Below, piece by piece: positions 39,606 to 50,278 of a stretch of DNA of 64,000 nucleotides. Position 1 is the stretch's first letter. Each line of letters opens with the position of its first letter. This DNA is from Candidatus Marinacidobacterales bacterium (GTDB lineage Bacteria; Acidobacteriota; Vicinamibacteria; Marinacidobacterales; SMYC01): NCBI GenBank assembly GCA_965224085.1, contig CBDCYI010000005.1, forward strand, positions 544,001 to 608,000, in the 5' to 3' direction. Below the pieces are notes generated by a model. The model made no database searches. It saw nothing but the letters and a program-made list of their open reading frames with translations, and was not told the origin of the DNA. The position numbers and the translations under genes are program-made.

Positions 39606-42017
39606 GTGAAGGGACGACTTGTAATCTGCGCAATACCCGTGCTGCTCGTGATGGCGGTGTTTTGCGGCTGGGCGGCGCCCGAGAACCCCGCCGTCGACCT
39701 CAACGGCATCATTCAGGACAACTGCGTCACTTGCCACAACGACGCCACGCTACTGGGAAACCTTTCGCTAGAGCTGTTCGACGTCACGGCGGCCGCGGAG
39801 CACGGGGAAACCGCTGAAAAAATGATCCGTAAGCTTCGCGCCGGGATGATGCCTCCCCCCGGCATGCCGCGGCCCGAGGGCGACGAGCTCTTCCTGCTCG
39901 CCACGACCTTGGAAGAGATCGTCGACGCGGCCGCCATGCGCGACCCCAATCCGGGCGTCAAGAGCTTCCAGAGACTCAATCGCCCGGAATACAAACTTGC
40001 CATTCGTGACCTTTTGGCGCTCTCCGTCGAAGCGGGAGACTGGCTACCGCTCGACCAGATGAGTGCGAACTTCGACAACATCGCCGATGCGCAGACACTA
40101 TCGCCGATGCTGCTCGAGGCCTATCTCAACGCGGCGGCCGATATTAGTCGCTTAGCTCTCGGGAATCAGAACGCCCCCACCGTCGACCACACATACAAAA
40201 ACCCGATCTATCTCTCGCAACACCCTTGGGACCACATCGAAGGCACGCCCTACGGAACGCGAGGCGGCATGGTCGTCGACCACGTGTTTCCCGCCGACGG
40301 TGAATATGTGTTCGGGATGACCTTCGGCTCCGGGGACAACTCGAGGCTCGAAGACGTGGACGTCTCCATCAACGGAGAGCGCGTCGGCTTGCTTCACTAC
40401 GCGAAAACGAGAGGTGGCGCGGACGGACGGGGCGGCACGCCCATTCGAACCGAGCCGATCGTCGTACGTGCAGGACAACATCGCGTCTCCGCTGCGTTCA
40501 TCCGCAGGTCCGACGGCCCCTACGAAGACCTGATCCGCCCTCACGACTGGTCCTTCGCTGGAGGCGGTTCGGGGGGCGCTGGCATTACGACGCTGCCGCA
40601 CTTGCAGAATTTGATCGTGAGCGGCCCTTACAACACAACGGGACTCTCGTTGACGCCGAGCCGTCAGCGGATCTTCTCCTGTCGCCCGACGGCCGAAAGC
40701 GAAGAGCGGCCTTGCGCGGAAACGATCCTTGCTCGGCTCGGGAGCGAAGCATACCGGCGGCCGATGACTCCGAGCGATATCGACGGACTCATGGGGTTTT
40801 ATGATACCGGCGCTAAGAAAGGCAGTTTCGAGACCGGTATCCGCACGGCGCTCGAGGCGATGCTAGCGAGCCCAAACTTCGTGCTGCGGCTCGAGCGGCA
40901 GCCGGCAAACGCGGCACCTGGTGAAGTCCAGCGAGTCGCGGATTTGGATTTAGCGACCCGTCTCTCGTTCTTTCTCTGGGGCACACCGCCAGACGACGAG
41001 CTGCAAACGGTGGCAAGCGAAGGCAATCTCTCGAGTCCGTCTGATCTCGAGCGCCAGGCCAAGCGCATGCTCGCCGACCCGCGCGCCGAAGCACTCGGGA
41101 CGCGCTTCGCCGCGCTGTGGTTCCGGCTCCAGGACTTGTACAAAGTCCGCCCCGATCCGAACTTCTATCCCAATTTCGACGAGAACCTCGCCGACGCCAT
41201 GCGGCGCGAGACAGAGCTTTTCTTCGACAACCTCGTGCGCGAAGACCGCAGCTTGATGGAGCTGTTCGACGCCGACTATACGTTCGTGAACGGCCGCCTC
41301 GCCAAGCATTACGGCATTCCCAACGTCGCGGGGAAAGAGTTCCGCCGCGTCACCTATCCCGATGACACACGTCGTGGCCTTTTTGGTCATGGCAGCGTGC
41401 TCGTGCTTACGTCGATGGCGAACCGTACGTCTCCCGTTCTCCGCGGCAAGTGGATCATGGAAGTGCTGATGGGGACGCCTCCGCCGCCGCCGCCGCCCAA
41501 CGTCCCAGCCTTAGAAGACACCGAAGGCGTTCAAGGAGGCCGGGTGCTCACGACGCGCGAGCGCCTCGAGATTCATCGCGCGAACCCGACATGTAACTCC
41601 TGCCATCGGTTCATGGACCCGATCGGGCTCGCGCTCGACAACTTCGATGCGACCGCGAAGTGGCGGCGACGTGAGAACGGCGCACCGCTCGACACGCGCG
41701 GCGAATTCTATGACGGCACTCCGATCGCGAATCCTCCTGAGCTCGTCGAGGCGCTCTTGAAGCGCCCAGCGCTGCTCGCGAGAAACTTCGCCCATAATCT
41801 CCTCGCTTACGCTTTGGGCCGACGTGTCGAGTATTATGACCAACCTACGATTCGCGCGATCACCAAAGAAGCCGAAGCGAACGACTATCGCGTGTCGACG
41901 TTCATCTTGGGCGTGGTGATGAGCGACGCATTTCGGATGAAACGAGAAATACCCGTCGCTGCTGATCAAGTCGACGACAGCAGGACCACTGCAGTAACAA
42001 AGACCAAAGGAGCTTAG
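39606..42017 (+). CDS. DUF1587/1595/1592/1588/1585 cytochrome c-type protein
   Basis: CVTCH, RLNRPEY, RLSFFLW, RTSPVLRGKW, CNSCH, DPIGLAL. Confidence 0.9.
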   Translation: MKGRLVICAIPVLLVMAVFCGWAAPENPAVDLNGIIQDNCVTCHNDATLLGNLSLELFDVTAAAEHGETAEKMIRKLRAGMMPPPGMPRPEGDELFLLATTLEEIVDAAAMRDPNPGVKSFQRLNRPEYKLAIRDLLALSVEAGDWLPLDQMSANFDNIADAQTLSPMLLEAYLNAAADISRLALGNQNAPTVDHTYKNPIYLSQHPWDHIEGTPYGTRGGMVVDHVFPADGEYVFGMTFGSGDNSRLEDVDVSINGERVGLLHYAKTRGGADGRGGTPIRTEPIVVRAGQHRVSAAFIRRSDGPYEDLIRPHDWSFAGGGSGGAGITTLPHLQNLIVSGPYNTTGLSLTPSRQRIFSCRPTAESEERPCAETILARLGSEAYRRPMTPSDIDGLMGFYDTGAKKGSFETGIRTALEAMLASPNFVLRLERQPANAAPGEVQRVADLDLATRLSFFLWGTPPDDELQTVASEGNLSSPSDLERQAKRMLADPRAEALGTRFAALWFRLQDLYKVRPDPNFYPNFDENLADAMRRETELFFDNLVREDRSLMELFDADYTFVNGRLAKHYGIPNVAGKEFRRVTYPDDTRRGLFGHGSVLVLTSMANRTSPVLRGKWIMEVLMGTPPPPPPPNVPALEDTEGVQGGRVLTTRERLEIHRANPTCNSCHRFMDPIGLALDNFDATAKWRRRENGAPLDTRGEFYDGTPIANPPELVEALLKRPALLARNFAHNLLAYALGRRVEYYDQPTIRAITKEAEANDYRVSTFILGVVMSDAFRMKREIPVAADQVDDSRTTAVTKTKGA

Positions 42018-42021
42018 CGAA

Positions 42022-43425
42022 ATGTCGACTATCAAGGGAAAACACTTGCCCCGCCGAACGTTTCTTCGCGGTCTAGGCGCAAGCGTCGCGCTTCCCTTCT
42101 TGGACGCGATGGTGCCGGCCGGACGCCGGGCAGCGGCGGCAGCCACGGCAGCGGTCGACCGCACGCCGCTCGTGTGCATCGAGGAGGTCCACGGCCTCGC
42201 AGGGTGCAACGAGTGGGGAGCGAGCCGGCATCTGTTCGCACCAAAGACGACGGGCCCGGATTTCGAGCTGAGTGAGGAAAACGCGTTGAGCTCTCTAACG
42301 CCTTTCCAGGACTACCTCACGATCGTCAGCAACACCGACGTGCGCATGGCAGAAGCGTTCACGCCTCCCGAAATCGGCGGCGATCATTTCCGCTCGAGCG
42401 CTGTGTTTCTGACGCATAGCCATCCGAAGCAGACCCAGGGCTCCGACATCTTCGCGGGCACATCCATGGACCAGCTATACGCGAAGCGCTACGGTCAAGA
42501 CACACCGATGCCGTCGATGCAGTTCTGCATCGAGAATCTCGACCAGGCCGGTGGCTGCACCTACAACTATTCCTGCGTCTACACGGACTCGATCAGCTGG
42601 GCTTCGCCGACACAACCGCTCCCGATGATCCGCGACCCGCGCGTCGCGTTCGACATGCTGTTCGGCGCCGGCGATTCTCCCGAGGAGCGAGAGGAGCGTC
42701 GCCAGACACGCCGCAGCATTCTCGACTGGATTGCGGAAGACGTCGTGGGGCTGCGCGGGCAGCTGGGCGCCACGGATCGCCCGCGCCTCGATCAATATCT
42801 CGACAATGTCCGGGAGATCGAGCGGCGCATCCAGATGGTCGAAGCACACAATCGCGGGGGCGATGTCCGCGAGCTTCCCGAAGCACCGCCAGGAGTTCCC
42901 GATTCCTTCAAGGAGCACATGAAGCTCATGTACGACCTTCAAGTACTGGCGCTCGAGACCGACATGACGCGCGTCATTAGCTTCAAGCTCGGACGCGACT
43001 CCCAGAACCGCACTTTCCCGGAAAGCGGCTCGAACCGGCCGTTCCACCCGGCTTCGCACCACCGTAACTCCGAAGAGGGGGTCCTCGAGTTCAACAAGAT
43101 CTGCCGTTACCGCATGAGCATGCTCCCCTACTTCCTGGAGAAGCTGAAGGACTCGCAAGAGAACGGCGTCTCGCTCCTGGACAAGACGATGATCGTTTGG
43201 GGCTCTCCGATGGCGGACCCCAACATCCACAACCATCGGCGCTGCCCGCTCGCGCTTCTCGGAAAGGCGAATGGCCACCTCAAGGGCAACTTACATCTCA
43301 AGGCCGCCGATGAGACGCCGATGGCAAACGTCATGTTGACCTTGCTGAACGAGCTCGGATTGGACGACTTGACCACCTTTGGAGACAGCACCGGCACGTT
43401 CGACTTGACGACGAGCGCAACTTGA
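42022..43425 (+). CDS. DUF1552 (HXXSHH) protein with Tat-like leader
   Basis: PRRTFLRG...LPFLDAM, HPASHH. Confidence 0.9.
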   Translation: MSTIKGKHLPRRTFLRGLGASVALPFLDAMVPAGRRAAAAATAAVDRTPLVCIEEVHGLAGCNEWGASRHLFAPKTTGPDFELSEENALSSLTPFQDYLTIVSNTDVRMAEAFTPPEIGGDHFRSSAVFLTHSHPKQTQGSDIFAGTSMDQLYAKRYGQDTPMPSMQFCIENLDQAGGCTYNYSCVYTDSISWASPTQPLPMIRDPRVAFDMLFGAGDSPEEREERRQTRRSILDWIAEDVVGLRGQLGATDRPRLDQYLDNVREIERRIQMVEAHNRGGDVRELPEAPPGVPDSFKEHMKLMYDLQVLALETDMTRVISFKLGRDSQNRTFPESGSNRPFHPASHHRNSEEGVLEFNKICRYRMSMLPYFLEKLKDSQENGVSLLDKTMIVWGSPMADPNIHNHRRCPLALLGKANGHLKGNLHLKAADETPMANVMLTLLNELGLDDLTTFGDSTGTFDLTTSAT

Positions 43426-45296
43426 GAATCGGGCTAGGCCTCATGGCACTCGGCATTCTCAGTGCCTTGCTCTTTATGGGGGGCGTCTTCGCGGCGCCTT
43501 CGAGCTCCCCAGTCGCGGACTTCGCCACACAGGGAGATCGCGACGCGGTGCGCACCCTTCTTCAGCAAGGGGCGGACGTCAACGCCGCGCAAGGCGACGG
43601 CATGACGGCGCTTCACTGGGCCGCCGAGCTCGGCGACGCCGAGATGGCGGAGATGCTCGTCTTTGCGGGTGCGAATGTCGAGGCGGAAACGCGCGTCGGC
43701 CACTACACGCCGCTTCACATCGCCTGCCGGAACGGCAGCGTCGGCGTAGCAGAGGTTCTGCTCAAGGCCGGAAGCAACGTCATGGCACGCACCATGCCCG
43801 CGGGGTCGACCCCGCTTCATCTGGCGGCCGCATCGGGCAGCGCAGACATCGTGCGCTCGCTCGCGAGCCGGGGCGCCGAAGTGAACGCGAAAGATCATGA
43901 ATGGGAACAAACCCCGCTCATCTTCGCATCCGCCCAAAATCGGGTCGCGGCGATCCAAGCGCTTCTCGAGGGCGGCGCCGATCCGAGCATCGCGAGCAAA
44001 GTGATCGATCTCGCGGCGGATCGCAAGCTAGCCGAAGCCGGGGAAAACCGTCAGAAAAAAGTTCTTCGCTCGTACATCATGAAGAACGAGATCGAAGGCG
44101 AATTCATCCCGAGTGCGAGCCAGTTCCAAGCGGCAATCGTCGCGGGCCGCGATCTCTATCTCTCGGGCGAGCTCCCCGAGATCTCCGAGGCGGATCCTAA
44201 CGAGCGCCGTTTCACTCCGCGCATGGTTTTGAAGAGCAAAGGCGGTCTGACGGCCCTTCTGCATGCCGCACGTCAGGGTCACACCGAAGCCGTCATGGCG
44301 CTTCTCGAAGGTGATGCGGACATCAATCAAGTGAGCGCGGGCGACGGCACGAGCCCACTTCTCATGGCGACCATCAATGGACAGAACGATCTTGCGCTTC
44401 GACTATTGGGGCGCGGCGCGGACCCGAACGTGGCCGCGAAGGTCAACGGGGTGACGCCGCTCTGGGCCGCCGTCAACGCAAAGTGGCAGCCTCGCACACG
44501 TTTCCCGCAACCGCAGGAGCATGATCGCCAGGACGTGACTTATCTCGACGTCATGGACGCATTCTTGAAGGCGGGCGCCGATCCCGACGCGCGGCTTCTG
44601 AGCCACCCGTGGTATATGGTCTATACCGGCTGCGGCAATCGGAACTGCGGCCTCGAAGACACCAAAGGCTCGACGGCTTTTTGGCGCGCCGCCTATGCGA
44701 CGGACGTCGACGCCATGCGTGTTCTCGTCGCTCATGGCGCCGACCCGCACATCCCGAGCTTGACCCCACCGCCGCGGCGGCCTCGCGCAGGCACCGCTTC
44801 GGAGTTCACCGACACCGCCGAGATACGACCGGTGCAGCCTTTCGGACCCGGCCTTTGGCCCGCGACGGATGAGCGCACGGTCAACCCAGATCCGTCCGGT
44901 CTTCCACGCGTGAAAGAAGGTGACCCAGGCGTCTTCCCGCTTCACGCTGCCTCGGGCGTCGGCTATGGTGAAGGTTTTGCCGGCAACGCGCACCGCACCG
45001 CGCCGGGCGCTTGGCTCGGCGCCGTCAAATACCTCATCGAGGAGCTCGGCGTCGATGTGAACGCGCGCGACTTCAACGGCTACAACGCACTTCACCACGC
45101 CGCCGCGCGCGGGGACAACGAGATGATCTTGTATCTAGTGGAAAAGGGCTGTGACGTGACCGCCGTGAGCCGCACCGGTCAAACGACCGCGGACTTGGCC
45201 AACGGTCCTGTGCAGCGCGTGTCTCCGTTCCCGGAGACCGTGGCGCTTCTCGAGAGCCTCGGCTCGAAGAACAACCACAACTGCGTGTCGTGCTGA
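43422..45296 (+). CDS. Exported ankyrin-repeat protein
   Basis: Many G.TPLH.AA/ADVN repeats; C-terminal NNHNCVSC. Confidence 0.9.
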   Translation: MRIGLGLMALGILSALLFMGGVFAAPSSSPVADFATQGDRDAVRTLLQQGADVNAAQGDGMTALHWAAELGDAEMAEMLVFAGANVEAETRVGHYTPLHIACRNGSVGVAEVLLKAGSNVMARTMPAGSTPLHLAAASGSADIVRSLASRGAEVNAKDHEWEQTPLIFASAQNRVAAIQALLEGGADPSIASKVIDLAADRKLAEAGENRQKKVLRSYIMKNEIEGEFIPSASQFQAAIVAGRDLYLSGELPEISEADPNERRFTPRMVLKSKGGLTALLHAARQGHTEAVMALLEGDADINQVSAGDGTSPLLMATINGQNDLALRLLGRGADPNVAAKVNGVTPLWAAVNAKWQPRTRFPQPQEHDRQDVTYLDVMDAFLKAGADPDARLLSHPWYMVYTGCGNRNCGLEDTKGSTAFWRAAYATDVDAMRVLVAHGADPHIPSLTPPPRRPRAGTASEFTDTAEIRPVQPFGPGLWPATDERTVNPDPSGLPRVKEGDPGVFPLHAASGVGYGEGFAGNAHRTAPGAWLGAVKYLIEELGVDVNARDFNGYNALHHAAARGDNEMILYLVEKGCDVTAVSRTGQTTADLANGPVQRVSPFPETVALLESLGSKNNHNCVSC

Positions 45297-46063
45297 GGGG
45301 AAGCGTGAAAAAGGCGCTCGTCGCGATCCTGATAGCACTTGCCGCGCCTGCGATGGCACAGGAGAAGGCACCTCCGCCTTGGGTGCAGATGAACGTCATA
45401 CAAGTCGATCCGCAGATGGTCGACGAGTTCATGGCCGTTCAGCGCGAGTTCTCGGCACGCGCCAAAAAAGCCAAAGTTCCGTGGCGCAGCGTGAGCCGCA
45501 CGCACGTTTTCGGGGACACTTATCGCTTCGTCGTCATGTCGCCGGTGCAGAATCTCGCGAGTTATGACGCCGCGCGCGACGCCGACCCGGAAACCGAATC
45601 GCTCATCAACCGCCTCCGGCGGTGTGTAACCAGCCGTACGAGCTACGCCGTCCGCGTACTTCACGACGTCTCAAATCCGTTGCCGGAAGGAGAAGAGCCA
45701 GACCTAATGGTCGTGAACATCGTAAACGTTGCGCCGGGACACGAGCAGGACTACATGAATGTGATGATGGAGGACTTTCTCCCGCATTTCAACGCGGCTG
45801 AAGTTCACCATGCCACGGGCGCGATGACTTTTGGCGGCGAATCGGGCTTCGTGCACGTCTTCTACTTCGACGACTTCGCCGAGCTCGACAAAGGCTCTCC
45901 CGTGATGCGGGAGCTCGGCGCGCAAGGCGCTCAGAAGGTGACCGCCAAGTTCGGCGGCATCGTCTCGAGCAGCGAGACCTGGATCATGAAGCGCGTCCCC
46001 GAGCTCAGCTATGGTCCGGAGCCCGAAGCCACTAACACGACACGCCGTAGTCGGTCGTTCTGA
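45290..46063 (+). CDS. Exported hypothetical protein (NIPSNAP-like duplicated domains)
   Basis: Signal peptide and two similar V.P....F halves. Confidence 0.55.
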   Translation: MLRGSVKKALVAILIALAAPAMAQEKAPPPWVQMNVIQVDPQMVDEFMAVQREFSARAKKAKVPWRSVSRTHVFGDTYRFVVMSPVQNLASYDAARDADPETESLINRLRRCVTSRTSYAVRVLHDVSNPLPEGEEPDLMVVNIVNVAPGHEQDYMNVMMEDFLPHFNAAEVHHATGAMTFGGESGFVHVFYFDDFAELDKGSPVMRELGAQGAQKVTAKFGGIVSSSETWIMKRVPELSYGPEPEATNTTRRSRSF

Positions 46064-46092
46064 CTAACCCACCACCTCCCCGAGCAGATACT

Positions 46093-46536
46093 TTGCTTGC
46101 GGAGCTTCGACGCCTCGAAGTCTCGCATGTTGTGGGGGTTCCGGATAACAGCTCGGCCGCTGGCGAGGCCTTCGCGGTCGCTTCGGGTCTCTGGCTCGGA
46201 GGAGCTCACCCGGTCGTGCTCATCCAGAACACGGGACTCCTCGAGAGCGGCGACAGCTTGCGCGGGACCGTGATGCGCATGGGCGTCCCCCTGCTCTGTC
46301 TCGTGACCTACCGTGGGTACGACAAGCTTTCGAATCAGGACGGTGCGCAGGACGAAATGACGCATGCAGACGTGGACTCCGCGGCCGTCGTTACCGAGCC
46401 GACGCTCGACGCGTGGCGCGTTTCTTACGAGCTCTACCGCTCCGCTGACGACCTGACCCGCATCGCGCGTGCCGCCGCGCGCGCCGAGGCTGAATCGCGG
46501 CCCGTAGCCCTCCTCTTGACCCGATCTCTGGTTTGA
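46093..46536 (+). CDS. TPP-dependent decarboxylase alpha subunit (ComD-like), probably internally deleted
   Basis: VVGVPD, GEAFAVASGLW, IQNTG, YRG. Confidence 0.65.
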   Translation: MLAELRRLEVSHVVGVPDNSSAAGEAFAVASGLWLGGAHPVVLIQNTGLLESGDSLRGTVMRMGVPLLCLVTYRGYDKLSNQDGAQDEMTHADVDSAAVVTEPTLDAWRVSYELYRSADDLTRIARAAARAEAESRPVALLLTRSLV

Positions 46537-46539
46537 CCC

Positions 46540-47127
46540 GTGCTGACGAAACAAGACCTCCTCGAGCCCCTCGCGCGCTTGCGCACCGACGAGGTCGTCA
46601 TCACAAGCATGGGCGTCGTCCGACCGTGGGGCCGGCTGTCGAAAAGCGATCTCGACTTCGCTTCGGCCGATAGCGCCATGGGCCACACCGCCGACCTCGC
46701 GCTCGGCGTCGCCCTCGCCCGTCCCGAGCGGCGCGTGCTGTGCTTGAACGGCGACGGCAGCATGCTGATGTCGCTCGGCACTCTCGCCACTATCGTCGAA
46801 GCCGGAGCGGACAACTTCGTGCTCTTCGTGATCGTGAACCGCACTTACGAGATCACCGGCAATCAGGCGGTTCCCGGAGGTGCTTTCGTCGATTTCGCGG
46901 GGATGGCGAAGGCGGCCGGTTTCGCGGTCGTCCATCACTTCGACGACGCGAATACCTACGCGTCCGCGCTTCCGGGCATTCTGAAAGACCCAGGACCGGT
47001 TTTCGTCAGCGTCACGGTGACGCCCGAATCCGAGGGACCGATTAGAAGAAGCGATGCCGAAGAGGCACGTTATTTGAAGACGTCGCTCTTCGACTGGTCG
47101 CGCCGATTCCGACAGGCACTGAGGTAA
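46540..47127 (+). CDS. TPP-dependent decarboxylase beta subunit (ComE-like)
   Basis: SAMG, GDGSMLM...N..YEITGNQ. Confidence 0.8.
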   Translation: MLTKQDLLEPLARLRTDEVVITSMGVVRPWGRLSKSDLDFASADSAMGHTADLALGVALARPERRVLCLNGDGSMLMSLGTLATIVEAGADNFVLFVIVNRTYEITGNQAVPGGAFVDFAGMAKAAGFAVVHHFDDANTYASALPGILKDPGPVFVSVTVTPESEGPIRRSDAEEARYLKTSLFDWSRRFRQALR

Positions 47128-47152
47128 ACTCTAGCCTTATGGAGACACCCCA

Positions 47153-48070
47153 ATGAACGCGAGCTCACTCATGTCCGGCGTACTCGCGCCGGTCGTCACC
47201 CCTTTCAAAGACGACTACACGCCCGACAGGGACCGATACCTGAAGCACTGCCAATGGCTCGCGGCGCAAAATTGCGGCCTTGCTGTGTTCGGGACGAACA
47301 GCGAAGCCAACTCGCTCTCGATCGAGGAACGGATGTCGCTTCTCGACATGCTCGTCGAAGGAGGCGTCGACCCGAAGCGCATGATGCCCGGCACCGGCTG
47401 TTGCTCGATCCCCGACACCGTGAAGCTCACGAAGCACGCCATCGACCACGGCGTGGGCGGCGTCCTGATGCTGCCACCTTTCTATTACAAGAACGTGAGC
47501 GACGAAGGCCTCTATCGCTCGTTCGCTGAGATCATCGAACGCATCGGCGACGACCGCTTGCGCATCTACCTCTATCACTTTCCGCAGATGTCTGCGGTGC
47601 CTCTCGGGATCGAGCTCGTGGGACGCCTCACCGAAGCCTTTCCCGAAAACGTCGTCGGGATGAAGGATAGCTCCGGCGACCGCGAGAACTTGGCAGCGAT
47701 GCTGCGCACCTTTCCCGGCTTCGGATATTTCGCGGGAAGCGAGTCACTGCTTCTCACAAACATGCGGGCCGGAGGCGTCGGCTGCATATCAGCGACCGCC
47801 AACATCAACCCTGGGGCCATCGACGGTCTATTTCAAGAATGGCAAACGGACCAAGCGGACGCGCTCCAGGAATCTCTAAACCGGGTGCGTATGACGGTTC
47901 AGCAATTTCCGCTCGTCCCAGCGCTCAAGACCATCATCTCGCACTACGCTTCCGACTCGGAGTGGAACCGGCTGCGGCCACCGCTCGTCGAGCTCGACGA
48001 CTCGCAGCGAGAAAAACTGATCGCCGAGCTGCAGTCGCTGAATTTCGAGATGCCCGGCCTAGCCGATTAA
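47153..48070 (+). CDS. Dihydrodipicolinate synthase family aldolase
   Basis: VTPF, GTNSE, LYHFP, GMKDSSG. Confidence 0.88.
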   Translation: MNASSLMSGVLAPVVTPFKDDYTPDRDRYLKHCQWLAAQNCGLAVFGTNSEANSLSIEERMSLLDMLVEGGVDPKRMMPGTGCCSIPDTVKLTKHAIDHGVGGVLMLPPFYYKNVSDEGLYRSFAEIIERIGDDRLRIYLYHFPQMSAVPLGIELVGRLTEAFPENVVGMKDSSGDRENLAAMLRTFPGFGYFAGSESLLLTNMRAGGVGCISATANINPGAIDGLFQEWQTDQADALQESLNRVRMTVQQFPLVPALKTIISHYASDSEWNRLRPPLVELDDSQREKLIAELQSLNFEMPGLAD

Positions 48071-49608
48071 TCGATCTCCTGCGCCAGCACCGCGAGGATC
48101 ACCCGAATCCCTTCGACGAAGTGCCCGACGCGAATGTTCTCGTTCGGGCTGTGCTGATTGTTGTCCGGGTTGACGCTCGGGACGCCTACCGCCGGAACGC
48201 ATAGGGTTGCTACGAAAGGCGAGATGGGAATCGAGCCCCCCGCCGTCCGGATGCGGATCGGCGCTTCGCCGTAGACATGGGTCATCGCGGCGGTGAGCCA
48301 GCGTCCGGGCTCGGAGTCGAACGCGGTCCGAAATGCGCGATAGGAGATTTCAGACTCGAACGCCGCAAGCTTCGAGTGGGCCTTTCGCTCCGCGTCGGTC
48401 GGCTCGCCGTCCACCAAGTGATATCCCTGATCCACGATGTGCTGGCGGATCGAGGCCAATAACTTTTCGGGATCACTCTCGACCACGAGGCGCACGTCGA
48501 CCTCCGCCACCGCTTCTGCGGGGATGATCGTCCGCACCTCGTCACCCACCCAGCCAGCCGAAATACCGCGCACGTTCAAAGACGGGTACTGCACCGCTTC
48601 CTGCAGATTTCTTCCAACCTCGTCGGGCTCGGCGATCCCGAGCCAATCGTGGATGAAGGCCTCGTCATCAGGCACGGCTTCGAGGATGGCTTCGGTTTCT
48701 CGATCGAAAACAATGCCGTCGTAAAAGCCCGGGATCGTCACACGCCCGCGCTCGTCCTTCATCGACGCGAGGAGCTTCGCAAGCCGCAGTACTGGATTCG
48801 GCGCGTAGTTTCCGTAATGGCCACTATGGACGGGAACACGGGGCCCGAACACCGTCAGCGTAACCGTCGAGATGCCGCGGGCGCCGAACTTCAATGTAGG
48901 CCGTCCCGAAATATGCGGCGGCCCGTCGAGAATGAGAAGCATGTCGGCCGCAAGCAGGTCCCGGTGCTCCTCGACCGCCGGGGGAAGGTTCGGCGAGCCC
49001 ATCTCCTCTTCGGTGTCGACGATGACTTTAAGATGGAACGCGGGCTCGACACCTGCCGCCCGCATCGCGTCGAGCGCCGTAAGAAACTGCACGTTCGGCC
49101 CCTTCGAATCGGAAGCCGAGCGCGCAAAGATCCGCCAATCCCGCCAATTGCCTTCACGCGGGCTGAAGAGCCGATCCCAAGGGATCTCCTCCACGCCGCC
49201 GGAGCTGCTCTCGGCCTTCAGCACAGGCTTGTACGGATCCTCTTGCTCCCAGCGCGTTTTGTCGACGGGCTGGCCATCGGACTGAAGATAGACGAGGACG
49301 GTCTTGTCGGCCCCCTCGACTTTGCGTTCACCGAAAAGGAGCGCGCTTCCTTCTGTCGGCAGCTCCCGCGTGTCGAAGCCACGCGCCGTCAGCGCCGCGT
49401 CCATCCAATCGAGGACTTTTCGGATGTCCTTAGGGAAATGCGCATCGTTCGGGATGCTCAGATAATCACGAAAGTTTCGAAACGCGGCATCGAGCTCGGC
49501 CTCGGTGAGCGCGTCGAGTTGGATTCGATCGAGCTGCTGCGCTCCGATGGGTTGGGCCAGCAATGAGATCAGAGCGACGAGAGGAGGAAGCATATGGAAA
49601 GAACGCAT
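48067..49608 (-). CDS. Exported M20/M25/M40 metallopeptidase
   Basis: DGQP, ARSASDSKG, EEEMGS, HSGHYG, NQHSPNE. Confidence 0.88.
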   Translation of the reverse strand: MRSFHMLPPLVALISLLAQPIGAQQLDRIQLDALTEAELDAAFRNFRDYLSIPNDAHFPKDIRKVLDWMDAALTARGFDTRELPTEGSALLFGERKVEGADKTVLVYLQSDGQPVDKTRWEQEDPYKPVLKAESSSGGVEEIPWDRLFSPREGNWRDWRIFARSASDSKGPNVQFLTALDAMRAAGVEPAFHLKVIVDTEEEMGSPNLPPAVEEHRDLLAADMLLILDGPPHISGRPTLKFGARGISTVTLTVFGPRVPVHSGHYGNYAPNPVLRLAKLLASMKDERGRVTIPGFYDGIVFDRETEAILEAVPDDEAFIHDWLGIAEPDEVGRNLQEAVQYPSLNVRGISAGWVGDEVRTIIPAEAVAEVDVRLVVESDPEKLLASIRQHIVDQGYHLVDGEPTDAERKAHSKLAAFESEISYRAFRTAFDSEPGRWLTAAMTHVYGEAPIRIRTAGGSIPISPFVATLCVPAVGVPSVNPDNNQHSPNENIRVGHFVEGIRVILAVLAQEID

Positions 49609-49707
49609 AGTGGCTGCATTGTAGGAGACGCGCGCCTGCCGGTGTTACCCCCAGATCGCTGTCAGAGGTAGAATCCGAGGTCGCGTGCAGCAGAGATGGA
49701 GGGTGTC

Positions 49708-49855
49708 ATGCGCAGTCGAATCCTCGCGTTCATGGGTGTTTTCACGGTCGCGCTCGTAGGCGTCGCTCCGGCAGCGCTCGCGCAACAAACTGGCGCCGAC
49801 ATCCCCCGGACGTCGGATGGCAGGCCTGATCTTTCAGGCACCTATGACACGGATT
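49708..49855 (+). pseudogene. N-terminal remnant of an exported protein
   Basis: RBS GGAGG, signal peptide and PRTSDGRPDLSG, then unrelated sequence. Confidence 0.5.
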
Positions 49856-50278
49856 CCACGCGTCTCGGTCCAGGCCTAGGACGTGAGAAAAAAGTTCAGG
49901 ATTTCGCCCAGGGCAGGAGTGCGGATATCGGAAAGACCGGTGCTGAAGATATAGAGCTTCGAAGCAATCCACTTGGACGCCGTCTGCCCCGTGAGCCGGG
50001 GCGCCCTCGTCGAGTCGAGCGTACGGCGTCGATGCGCGATGTTCAATAAGCGGGCGCGGCTCAACTCTTCCCAGACAGAGCTCAATCGACGGCACCGGTT
50101 CACCGACGCGGTCGGTTGCTTTGCCGAAGTCCAGCTCGGCGATGTATAGGTTTCGTACCAATCCTTGACGTGCGCGATGAAGGCATCGGGACCGACGCCG
50201 GAAGCTGTGAGCTCGTCACGCGTCGGAAGGCCAAGATATCTGAGAAGCGCGTTCTCGATTCGGAGTCTCGATGAGCAC

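Noticed and set aside
49856-50275. Possible gene on the minus strand
   Set aside because: Protein-like stretches occur in two frames, but there is no recognisable family or start
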